Assembly: GCA_021432655.1 (NCBI GenBank)
Contig: MU271254.1
Coordinates: 1 to 64,000, forward strand
From: Atractiella rhizophila
Taxonomy: Eukaryota
Direction: 5' to 3'
Length of the DNA stretch: 64,000 nucleotides
A model generated the notes under the pieces. That model was not told where the DNA came from, did no database searches, and was given only the letters and a program-made list of their open reading frames with translations. Shown here in pieces: positions 38,956 to 51,147 of the stretch. Both the position numbers and the translations under genes were made by a program. The first letter of the stretch is position 1. Every line of letters starts with the position of its first letter.

Positions 38956-41161
38956 ATGTCTGAATCTGAGGTAAAATCAGCAGGGATGGGGCTTCAAGAT
39001 CTTCGTAAGTACTATCACGCTTGAAGTTTGGGTTTTGAGCTGTTACGATGGTTAGCGAGCGATGTCCTTTTTGACAACGTTCTCCCCCATCTCTCAGCTC
39101 AACAAACACTGCGATTAGCCCAAACAAACAAATTTTTCCATACGCTTATCAATGGACCCTCCGCTCAGGCGCTATGGGCGCGTATGCTGAAAGCACACTT
39201 CAATTTTCCGATTCACAACTCTGCACGTTCCTACGGCTGGAAGGAGATCTACAAACGTCTATCAAACCCGGCTGTCTTCGTCTGGGGCGCTCGGGACAAA
39301 GGACGCCTCACCATCCGACCTTCTGATCCGCGAGAGCGCTACGTGGAAGATGGGGGCGTACGTGCGCCAATGAGACTCTGGTTCAAAACGCGAATCGTGG
39401 ATATGGTTTCTGGTGGATGGAGTTTCCATGCTCTCGATTCAGATGGCCGCGTTTACTACTGGGGGACTATGAACGCAGATCATTACGCCGGTTACAATGG
39501 GACGATTGCCAACCCTGGCATGACGGTGGCGAAGCCGACGCTGATTCAACCTCACCTTCTCCCCAATCGCATTACGAGCCTAGACTGTGGGCGATCACAC
39601 GCGTTGGCTTTGGATGACTTAGGCAACGTCTGGCAGTGGTCGAGTTGGGGAAGGATTCTCAATATTAGAGACAAGGAGCATGAGTGGGGTTGGAAGGAGG
39701 GCAAAAGCGCCGTGAAGCTCATCAGCGCGGGCTGGCATTTGTCCACCGTCCTCACCAACGCCGGGGACGCCTACATCTGGTGGGATCTTGAGAAGTCGAA
39801 GATCGAGGACAAGGCTTCTGAGCAGCAATCGGCCCGCCGTGCAGATGGAGGCGAATCAGCCGACGTTGACGCGGTGTCATTCCGTTATGAGATCGCCACC
39901 ATCAGGCTACCTGCACTTCCTGCTGTTGACGGAGAAGTAAATGAAGAAAAGATCACTCAACTCGCTGCCGGTGACAAGTTTGTTATTGCGCTTTCGAGCA
40001 GTGCAAGGGTCTACAAGCTAGACGTCTCTCCTCCTCCACTCCCGAACGCTGCTAATCAGGAAGAGGAGGAGGAGCAAGACACAGATGAAATCTCAGGGCT
40101 TTCGATCAAGGAGCGAGAACGATTATCTCGGGCTCTCATCTCTGGCAAGCGAACTTGGAAATATCTACCGTTCTTTTCTTCGATTACTCACATCCACCAA
40201 CTTCCCGCGTTTTCGCCAATCCCATCTGATTCTGAAGATGCGACAGGGAAGCTCGAGCCTCTCCCACGTCCGAGTGACAGCACAAGAATCAACCACATCA
40301 GTGCTCACTACAAACACTTCGTTGCTTACAGTGGGACAAAGGAAGGTATCGACCTAACTGGAGAACAAGTCGAATTCGATCATGATTCCATAGTCCTTCT
40401 TGGCAAGGGGGAGTTTGATGGTAAAGATGAAGAGCAGAAACCAGAGGTTATTCGCGAGCTACAGGGACTCGGCGTTATCAAGTTCGTCGTTCCTTTTCTC
40501 TCAATTCTCACTCATGCTCTCGTATAGGGTCACCATGGGTGACTATCACTTCGGAGCATTGACTTCGAGCGGTAAGCTTTATGTATGGGGCACCAATAAC
40601 TCAGGATGCTTGGGACTTGGGAAACCACACAGTCCTCTCGATTCTCAGTCCGCTGGCGGTCCCCAGCCTCCAACACCACATCCCGACTTTACAGGAAACT
40701 TGATTCCACTTCCTGGTTTCCGCGTTCCAGGTCGGCGTGGGCCAGTGCTCCCTCATCTCCACGCCAACACGCCGCGTCAACAACCACATCTTTCCTTCAA
40801 CCCTACTAATGTGGATATCCCGCGAACGGTTCACTTCCCTCCTCCCTCTCACACGGCCCTGCAAGAAGGCGATCATCTGTTGACGGATCCAGAGGATGGT
40901 ATTGTCTTCTCGGTCGCTTTTGCAGGGCACCATTCTAGCGCTTTGGTTATCTATCCGCACGACGGGAGTGATGAGAAGCAGCGACTGCCTGAAGGGGAGA
41001 GGTGGTGTGATGAAGATTGGGGAGAAGATGAGAATTTATTCCGGCCCGGTGGACATGCAGCTCCTTTATTATTGAGGAGGGGTGGCCTGCCTGTCAGGTT
41101 GGGGTTTCCAGCAAGAGGGATGGTGCGTGGTCACGGAGAGGGAAGAGGTGGACCTATTTGA
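38956..41161 (+). CDS. F-box plus RCC1-repeat protein (Saf1/Pof9-like)
   Basis: Spliced F-box LQDLP|SDVLFDNVLPHL...LAQTNKFF; RCC1 repeats (VSGGWSFHALDSDG, DCGRSHALALD, GDYHFGALTSSGKLYVWG). Confidence 0.85.
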
Positions 41162-41574
41162 GGAATGTGTGGGGCTCTCTGTCAGAAAGAGGAAGATATG
41201 TATTGCTCAGAAATGTCATAACGATAGAGATCAGCCGAAACACTAAGTGTAACGTAAATGTACAATTCCGAGTCTCTTATCTTTCCACCAGTTTCCACTA
41301 CTTGTTTGCATTGAGCATGAGTATTCTAGGCGTCTTGTCAGGTCTCGTGACAACGGTAACTTCCAACGTTCCAACGGCTCCGCTAAGAATGAATCGGAAC
41401 TACGTGCTTTGTCGCGTGTTGTCGTGAGCTAACAGTTCCCCTCAACCCAAGGACCAAACATAAAACAGACACTCTCTTATCCAAGTTCCAGCTGCCTCCC
41501 TTAGTTTTTGTGAGCCTTTTTGGCGGGGAGCATCGCACGATAACATAAACGCGGAACGTTGACACTGTAAGAAG

Positions 41575-44500
41575 ATGGCTCTTCTGCGATGGGCATCTCG
41601 AGGACTCGCGCTCACTGGAATAGCGAGTGCCCAGTACCTGCTTGGAGTAGGCGAGTGCTTGTCTCATCTCCTGTCCCTTACTCAACTACTCGTTCTTGGC
41701 CAGGCATTGGAGATGGTGACCCCTTTCCCTTTCAATGACACATGTTCGATCTTACTCTTTCCTGATCAGTGACTGGCCCTGTTGTTGAAACGTGAGTTTC
41801 TCCTCCTGTGATTCAACCGAATAGAGGTGACAGGCATAACCAGGAACATGATGGGATACGCTGACTTATCGTAAGCACCAAAGTGTTTGTTAGAGCTGGG
41901 AATTCACCACTTGGAACTTGTATAGCCAAACCGACACTGGACTTCACATGAGGTGAGCTTTCTTATCCGCCTGAATGTAAGTATGAAACGTTGGCATAGG
42001 CAAAGAAGTCGTGCCTTCATTGTCGCGGAGGAAAGTAACCCTGCCAATCGCATTGTTCTCATCAATTCCGACATCGCTATGGGAGATAATGGAGTGCGAA
42101 GGGAGATCATAGCTAAGCTGGAGCAACTATATCCTGGCGTCTACAGCGATCAGAACGTGGGACTGACAGGAACACATGCCCATAGTACGAAAGTTTATCC
42201 CACTTGGCAAATAATGTTTGATATTTATTCTACTAGGTGGCGTTGGCGGCTATTTGGAGAATCTCTTGCCCCAACTCACGTCCCTAGGATTCGTCAAAGA
42301 AACATTTGACGCCGTTGTCCAAGGGACTGTTGCAGCAGTCGTACGAGGTCTGCTTCAATATTGAGTTTTGTGAGACATATGGAACTAAGCACAGCTTGTA
42401 GCTCACGAGGACCTCCAACCTGGAAGCTTGAGCTTTGGAACGACTCAGGTTAACTTCCTCCCTCAAGAGAGTCAATTCATTTACGGGCTCATTAGATCCC
42501 CAATGGAAATATTAACCGTTCCCCTTACGCTTATCTGGCAAACCCAGTGGCTGAGCGTAATCGTTATCAATACGATCAAGGTTTGCCATCAGCCTTTCCA
42601 GTTGACGTTTTCTGAAACGACTGCAGATAAGGATATGCAGCTAATCAAGTTCGTCGCTGCGGATGGAACTGAAAAAGGCTTTGTCTCTTTCTATGCGGTA
42701 ATTTTTTCATCGCCCCCTAGTTATATCTGACATCTCACCGACTTTATAGGTTCATGGTAAGGAAAATCATTGCGCCTACTTCCTGAATTCATTGCTCCCC
42801 AGGAACGAGTTTGTATCAGAACAATACCCTCGTATCTGGCGACAACAAGGGCTATGCAGCCTACCTGTGAGTCTGACTCTCGTGAATGACGAGTGGACTT
42901 ATTAAGTGGTTGACGCACATAAAGTTACGAGAGTATGCCAAGGTTGCTGCTTGGTCGGAAATGGTTCTAACCGTCGCCGTGTAGGCTTTGTTGAGCCCAA
43001 TAGTGCCCCTGGCAATACGTCCTTCGTGGCAGGATTCTTGCAAGCCAACGTGGGAGACACCAGGTGAGCTCTGGTTGAATTGTTATCACCCTACTTAACT
43101 ATTTCAAGTCCCAACACCGGTGGCGCGTTCTGCTTCGCCCCTGGAAAGAGTTACGATGGACAACCCTGCACTTTTGAGTAGGTCATATTTTAAAGTCCCG
43201 TTCGAGGTTAACTTGCTTGCAAGGTACTCGCTTTGCGGAAACAAAAGCCAGGTTTGTCGCCCCTACGAACGATTTCTGTCTAACGACGGCGAGAAAGGAG
43301 TGCCACGGTATTGGACCCGCATTTCCCAAATCTGACTTCGACAGCAACACTTTGATAGGTCAATATCAGGTACGAAACCACATTTTCGCAAGCAGAGGGG
43401 AGATTGACCAGAAATATGCAGTTCGAAGGAGCCCAAAGAATTATGCAAAGTGGCGTTTTGACGACCGTAACTGGTTCCGTTCGTTCCGTGCACAGCTTCA
43501 TTTCCATGGACAACTACACTTTCACCTTGGCAAATGGAACGACAGCGAGGACATGCAAACCTGCCATGGGCTACTCCTTCGCTGGTGGAACGACAGATGG
43601 CCCTGGCTTCGCTGATTTCTACCAAGGAGAGACCAGCACAAATCCATTCTGGGAACTTGTGAAAGGAGCTGTCAGCCCATTACCTAGCGCTGATCAGAAG
43701 GCTTGTCATGCGCCGAAGGCAAGTCGCATTGAATGAATTTGTTGATGAGCTGACGGGAATATAGCCTATTCTTCTCAACACCGGAGTGTGTGATTCAACT
43801 ACTCTGCGCCGATCATTCTGCTGAACAACAGAGCAGGAGGCTACTACCCCATACGACTGGAGTCCTCATACAGTCAACGTCCAGATGTTCAGAATTGGCC
43901 AAATTATCATCCTCTTGGTACCAGGAGAGTTCACAACCATGGCTGGAAGGAGGATTCGGTCTGTAACACGCTTCGCTTACAGCATCAGACTAAATTCTGC
44001 GAGTAGAGAAGCGATACAGGCGAAGGCTGTGTCTGCTGGGATTATTGACGAAGATGCTATCGTTTTATTGTGGGCTACTAAATTTCCTGCAAGCAAGACA
44101 TGCTGACGAACTGGCTTGGAAAGGACCGGCCCTGCTAACACTTGTATGCAACCACCCACTTTAGCTATGACCTGACCATGAGGTGGAACGCAGATGGGCA
44201 CTATGTTACCACTAGGGAAGAGTACGGTATACAACGCTATGAAGGGGGTTCTACAATCTTCGGACCTGCCACTCTGGAAGTGAGTGGTTTTACAAGGTAG
44301 AACCAAATACTCACCAAAATGCAGGCCTACACTGTCATCTACGGTGACCGACTCCAATATCTCGCCGATGATGTTACGGGTGTTCCTGATCCTGGAACCC
44401 CACCACCGAACCTTGAAAGTGAAGCACTGTCTCTGAGAGTACGCTATCCCACCTCCGCAATGAGTGGACTGACCACTGCTGTAGACGGGGGTCGTTCAAG

Positions 44501-44985
44501 ATAGTGCTCCAATCGGGAAGAATTTCGGGGATGTCTTGACAGCTCCTAACGCAACTTACACCAAAGGATCGAGGGTGACCGTAAAATTCCAAGCAGCCGT
44601 GCCACGAAACAATTTGAGGCTCGATCAAACCTTTTTGACTGTAGAGTTACGTGACGCTAGCAACAAGTTCAATGTGTACCGGACAGACTCTCATCCATCA
44701 ACTCGGTACAATTGGCTTAGGACAAACGGCGTATGTCATCAATCTCTCCCCATTGTGCTCGCTCTAATGATTTTTATAGCTTTTGGGTTACAGTGAGGTT
44801 TGTTAACTAACTCTGTTCTCCTGCGGCAGTGTTTGACCACTCTTTAGGTGACAATCACATGGGACATCGAATCCAATGCTCCGTCTGGCACCTACCGCAT
44901 CTCCTATTTTGGGGATTGGAAGAATGGATGGACTGGCGCAATTACGCCATTCTCCAGCACATCACCTACTTTCACTGTTTCATAA
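41575..44985 (+). CDS. Neutral/alkaline non-lysosomal ceramidase, secreted, very intron-rich
   Basis: Signal peptide; YLLGVGIGDVTGP, GLHMRQRSRAF, GTHAHSG, VHGTS, GDNKG, AGGTTDGPG, PGEFTTMAGRR, QRYEGGST motifs. Confidence 0.93.
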
Positions 44986-45107
44986 ACATGGGAAGGCTTT
45001 TTGATTTCACCATCGACGAAAGATATCATTTTGCAACCAGCAACACATTTTCCGGGTACCCAACAATGTTTGACGAATCAGAACAGTTACATGATGAATG
45101 GAATATT

Positions 45108-47088
45108 TTAAGAATGTTGCTCGCTCGCCTCCGCATACATAGTTCGTCTCAGCCTTTGCGCCTGTCCAACTCATGAGTTTTCGGAGAGTCAAACATGAGA
45201 GGGCAAACCTTTTCCACTTCGCCTTCTTTCTTCTTCCTGACACCTTTTTTACGCAAAGATTTGTTCCATATCTTTTCCTTCTTGTTTCCTCCGCTCCTTC
45301 TCGAAGTACTGCCTTCTCCTTCTACATCCACCCAATTTTTGCTACTTGGGAGCAGGTCTTGAAGATCTTCATCCAAAACAATGATCCCATTACAAAGGCC
45401 TATGAACTTCCGACGCACGGCTTGGTGGATGCACTCTAGGCCAATCTCGGTATACCAGCCGCTATGTTTCTGTACACCATTGAGCTTTGTCACCAAGAGC
45501 AGAGAATCAGCCTCACCTCGCATGTCTCGCCTTGATACTCTTCTGCATTAATCAAGGAGGTGATGAAAGGATCCAGTATATCCACGAATTGAAAGTTACC
45601 GACAGAACCGTGGAGCACTTTTCCGTCAAAAATATGCACATTCCTGTGAAGTCGATAGTTTGAATAACGTGTTTCCTGCTGTAGACACTTACTTGTTTTT
45701 CTGGGAGTCTCGCAGCTCTTTCCACTGAGCACGTCCTGCTTTGCCATTCATATGGTAGGTGTCGATATTTCGCAGTTGGATACGCTGGTAACTGGGAGTG
45801 GATTGGGCACATAGCCAGGAAAAAAAGATAGAGAACTTACATTCGCGCTTCAGGCTCGATTCGAGGGTCGTAGCCATAACGAACATGCAGATCGCGAAAC
45901 GGTCCATCGGAGAATGTATAGGCCATCACGGATCGCAGCTCCTTGTAGCTGATTTTGATAAGCAACTACTTCCGCAGCAGTGGTAACGGGACGCACTTCA
46001 GCAATATGCGATTCTCCTCTTCCGTCAAATGTGTCGTAAAGGCTTGATGAGTCCAAACAGGTCTTTCTCGCATAACCTAGCAAAGCCTTCAGATTGATCT
46101 ATGGATTCTGACGGGAAACTTACAGACTTCAGCCTGTCAATTAAGGCAGGTGTGATGGATCCGACTTTGCAAGCGGCTACATGCTCTTCTAATGGCTCCG
46201 TCGGCACCTGTACTCCAAAAATTGAGTATGCGTAAGCCCTGTCAGAAGAAAAACTCATCTGTTGCGTCAAATGGGATAGAATGAGGAATGTAGTTCCTGT
46301 GCTTGCTCTTTGCCTGAAGTCGTGTTACTTCCTCTCCTGACGGTCGAATCACAGTTTGAAGGTGTGAATGAGTGTTTTGCTTGAAACTATAAGGGGAAAA
46401 TCAGCCGGTTTAGTGGTGTGACGACGTTGCACACTTGTAAATGAACGGCACGGTGTTGCTCCCCGCAAAGGACGGCGGAGGGAAGATATTGATGTCTTTC
46501 CCGTAATCGTCAGTTTCTTCCACAGGTCTGATGGGGGTGTTTCTGATTCGCTCAACTAAAGGTACGGTTAACAGATTATGATAGCCCACGAAAAAGGACA
46601 AACCATCCATTTTTCGGATAGCATCAGCGAGGTCGAGAATTGGATCGTCCATGTTTGGAGAGAATTGAAAATCAGCCATTTCTACACAGAAACAATAAAA
46701 TAAACGTATCATCTCAATAAATAAAGAGCGTACTTCTAAACCTGATAATTTTGGTGGACAATCCGAGACATTCGACAGAAAAGACGCCTTCTTCCTCATT
46801 GTCCACTCCGACTTTCTTTTTCCGCCTCCTCCGTGTCAGCTTTAGCACTATATTGTCGGAGTCAACAATATCTCCAGGGATTGGATGCCTGAATATCTCG
46901 TCTTCGGATCCCAGCCTCAACTCCACCTGGTTCGAGGGGCTGGGAGAGTTGATAGCGCTGGAAAGTGCAGCGGCTCCTCCCAAACTCTCAATAGCTCTCT
47001 CCATAGACTCTGGCTGCTCGGTAACAACACCAGGATATTCTATGGATACGAAAGTTCGATTTGGGATCTGAAATTTTGGTGCAGGCAT
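45108..47088 (-). CDS. RNA polymerase III factor TFIIIC subunit tau95 (Tfc1/GTF3C5-like); start uncertain
   Basis: FVSIEYPGVV...AIESLGG, ELRL...FRHPIPG, IIRFR|.MADFQF, FPPPSF; DGPWRDLHVRYGYDPR in a later exon. Confidence 0.85.
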
Positions 47089-47374
47089 GTCGGATAAATA
47101 ATGCACCTCCCGCGAGCGACGAGCTGTAAATGAGCTTGTCAGATATGTCCAAGTGTTTGGATCAGAGCAAGACCTTCGCCTTTAGTATAGTCTGTCCTTC
47201 GCAGTGACAAAGCGAGCTCTTCTGACCTGCTCGACGAGTTGAGTTCGTTACATGCACGTTAAGGTAGTCGCGCTCACCCATAAATATACAGAGAGTTGGC
47301 GATCATCATCAACGGCCATCAACTGAGAGGCCACGAAGTTGGAAAAGTTAGCAGCAGTTGCGCCAGGGCAAGAA

Positions 47375-50300
47375 ATGGACGGTGGAGTGAGTGTTCTGCT
47401 GTGCATGTGTCTCAGGCTGAGAGAGCGTGGTCAAGGGTCAAGACCAAGGAGCACCCAAGACGAAGAGATCCGCTCGTGCGTACCACGTCGAGCAGCAGGC
47501 TCAGCCAGGACCATACCCTCCACAGGCGTATGCAGACTCGAACAGCTACCAGCAGTTCCAGCAGCAGCAACAGTATCAACAGCCCCAGCCATACCAGGAG
47601 CAGCAGTACCCACAGCACCCTCAGCAGTTTCATCAACAGCCGCAACAGTTCCACCAACAACCGCAACAATATCAGCAACCCCCCCAGCAATATCAACAGC
47701 AGCCTCCTCAGCAATTCGACCACCAGACCCCTCAGCCGGACCACCCTCATCCTTATCAGAATGCTCCTCCACCCACTCATGCTTATCCGACACAACCTCA
47801 TCCCGCCAATGGACACATGCAACAGCCACCCCATCAGATGGGATATCCTGCACCAGGTCTGCGCGCTCGAATGGACCCAGACCAAATCCCTTCCCCGGTC
47901 GCGGTCGCAGAACAAGACCAGGATCTGTTCCAGCATGAGCCGTACATGACGTGTGGTCGAGGAACTGTCCCTCTCTCCAACACGGAGTTCACCGCCGTCG
48001 ATCAAGGTGCGCAATCTCTTCTTTCTCGAAGGGAAGATGGAGCCAAATGTTGGGAAAGGGAACTGCAACCCACGGTTCATGCGTTCTACAACTTACTGCA
48101 TCCCTGCTACTGTCGAACTGGCTGCGCAAGCAAAGATGCCATTCGGTCTCATTATCCAACCGTTTGCGCAAACCCGACCACAGGAAGGTGAAGTTCCTGT
48201 GGTCGATTTCGGCGAAACTGGACCGCCACGATGCAGCCACTGCCGTGGTTATATCAATCCTTGGTGTGTCTTCATCGAAGGAGGGCAAAAGTTTGTATGC
48301 AACCTGTGCGGAGGAGCCACCGAAGGTATGCCACGCGAACAAAGCTTTAACGGACTGACGAGAAGCAGTGCATGGGGAATATTTCTGCCATCTCGATATG
48401 TCTGGTCGACGAGTGGATCTCGCCAGCAGACCCGAGCTCTATCGCGGATCATTGGACTTTCGTGTTCATAAAGAATACCATAGCCCTCCGACCGCTCTGA
48501 ACGAATCGCCACGGACTCCCCAACCTCTGAACTACATTTTCGCCATCGACGTCAGCTGGACTAGCGTCACTTCGAGAGTAGTCGATAAAGTCGCTGAAGG
48601 CATTAAAGAGATGCTACCGTTCATTCCACAAGGCGGAAAGGTCGCTATCATCACTTTCGATCGGACCGCTCACTTCTACAACATGGCTGTACGTTGGCTC
48701 TTTGAACAGTGAACCATTGCAAACGACCCGTTTTCATCTTTAGGGTGAACAAGCAACCATGCTCGTCGTTGCCGATTTAGAAGATATGTTTGTACCCCTG
48801 AGTGACGGATTCCTTTGCGACCCTGTCGAGAATCGGTCAGTGCCATTCTCCAGACTTATGCCATAGTTGATGTTTCTTCACATCAGATCGACGATAGAAG
48901 CCTTGTTAGACTCAATACCTGGCTATTTTGCACAAAACAAAACGGTAGAAGCCGCTCTTGTGGGAGCACCTTTGCAAGCCACTCTTTCCGCACTCGTAAA
49001 TCCCTTTACTATCAATTTCCATTAAAAGCTTACGTCTCACAGAAATCGAGCGGTGGAATCTTGAACATTTTCCAAACTACACTACCGACAATGGGACCAG
49101 GCTCACTCAAACACCGGGAGAACAATACCATATACAATACTGATAAGGAACGGACCCTCTTCGCACCTCAAGATCCACTGTACCGTCAGCTCGCGGAAGA
49201 ATGTGTGCTGTCAGGCATTGGGGTCAACGTCTTCTTGTTCCCAAGCCAATATATCGACGTGGCCACAGTTGGTGAGCCTTGTCATCTGACGTTGCTTCGT
49301 TGAGAACTAACGCTGTCCAGGCGTCCTGTCCGGCTTAACTGGTGGAGAGATATTTTTCTACCCTCGCTTCGATCCCGTTCGTGATGGAACAAAACTTCTT
49401 GCGGAGATCAAGCGGATCGCTGTTCGTGAGACTGGTTATAACGCAACAATGCGTATCCGTTGTTCAAACGGTTCGTCACCCAATTCACCCTTTGCTTGAT
49501 TCTTGGACTGAAAGCTCTGTACAGGCCTTCGTGTCTCGGATCACTTTGGAAATTTCTTTATGAGGAACAGCACCGATGTTGAGTTTGGAATCATCGATGC
49601 GGACAAGGCGATTGCGGCGATCGTGAAGCATGAAGGAAAACTGGACGAGAAACAAGAGGCTCATTTCCAATGTGCCGTTCTTTACACCACCGCGACCGGA
49701 GAGCGGCGAGTTCGAACACATAACCTCGCCATTCCCGTGTCGACCGTACTCGGAGACGTTTTTAGGTACGCTGACATGGATACTACTCTCGCTTGCGTCG
49801 CGAAGCAAGGTATGTTCTTAGATGCATTTCGGCCAAAATTGATTCTCTCTCCCCAATAGTCATGGCTCTTGCCCTCTCCAAGACGCTGCGTCAAGTTCGA
49901 GATCACCTGACAGAGGTCTGTGTCAAGGTGTTACTTGCCTATCGCAAACATTGTGCCTCCTCCACTTCCCCTGGACAGGTAATTTTACCATCGCGGTCTA
50001 GCCATCATGCTAATGTTGTACTAGCTCATCCTCCCAGAATCCTTTAAGCTCTTTCCGCTTTTCACCTTAGCCCTAAATAAGTCCAAAGCTTTGAAAGGTG
50101 GTTTGTTTCTTCTCACCGAGAGGGTTGGACTCAGACCATTTGGTGTAGGTGGAAATGTCGCGTCGGACGTTAGAACCTATCACATGCGCCTCATCAAGTC
50201 CATGAGCGTCTCAGCAATCATGTCCTTCGTGTACCCTAGGATGATTTCGTTACACGCCCTTGGAGATGAGGTCGGCAATCCGACCCCACAAGGTGGAGTT

Positions 50301-50819
50301 GTCTTGCCTCCCATGTTACGGACAAGTTACACACGCATGGAGACACAAGGAGCTTATCTCATAGGTATGCCATCTTATTGAAGCTCAAGTAATTATTTAT
50401 ATTTTACCGCAGAGAATGGCATTTTTGCGATAATGTGGCTGGGATCAGCTTTATCGCCAAAGATCGTAGAAGACCTCTATGGGACGGAAAACATCCAGGA
50501 GCTGGATCCACGAATGGTACGCTTCATTTTTTTTAGAGATGATGGCAACTGATCATCAAATCAAACTAAGACTTCACTACCGGAGCTTCCGACGAAGCTC
50601 TCCGGACAAGTTCGAGCAATTGTCTCACAATTCGAGAAGCAGCGGGGTGGTCGACATCTTCCAATCCTGATATCACGACAAGGGGTAGATGGGACTGAAG
50701 TCGAATTCAGCAACATGCTTATCGAAGATCAAAATAACGACACGATGTCGTATATGGACTTTTTGAAGAGTCTGCACATGGAGATTCAGAAGGAGCTTTC
50801 GGAAGGAAAGGCATCATGA
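47375..50819 (+). CDS. SEC24: COPII coat subunit Sec24 (SEC24C/D, Sfb3-like)
   Basis: DPDQIPSP, DQGNCNPRFMR, zinc finger PPRCSHCRGYINP...CNLC, vWA FAIDVS, GERRVRTHNL, QLILPESFKL; Q/P/Y-rich N-terminus. Confidence 0.93.
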
Positions 50820-51147
50820 TTGGGAAAGTTATGCTGACTAAGTTCTGGGATTTTGACTGTGTTTTGTGCATGCTTTTCTTGTTAGCTAAAATATCGGCAC
50901 CTTAGTACTTTGCAAATCAATAGAGATCCTCCAGTGAACTTGGGGTGTTTCCTGAAAATTTCAATGCTGGTCCCTTTCGTTGATGAGAGCACATCGCACT
51001 CTCTATAAATTTTTGAAGGTTTCCCAATGCTTTGCACTTTGAACATATGGACGATCAAGAAGCTCACCCGACTCTTCCTCACACAACCAATGGGTGAAAA
51101 AGCCACTAGCTCCATCTGTAAAGGTTCACGCAACGAAAGACACTCCC

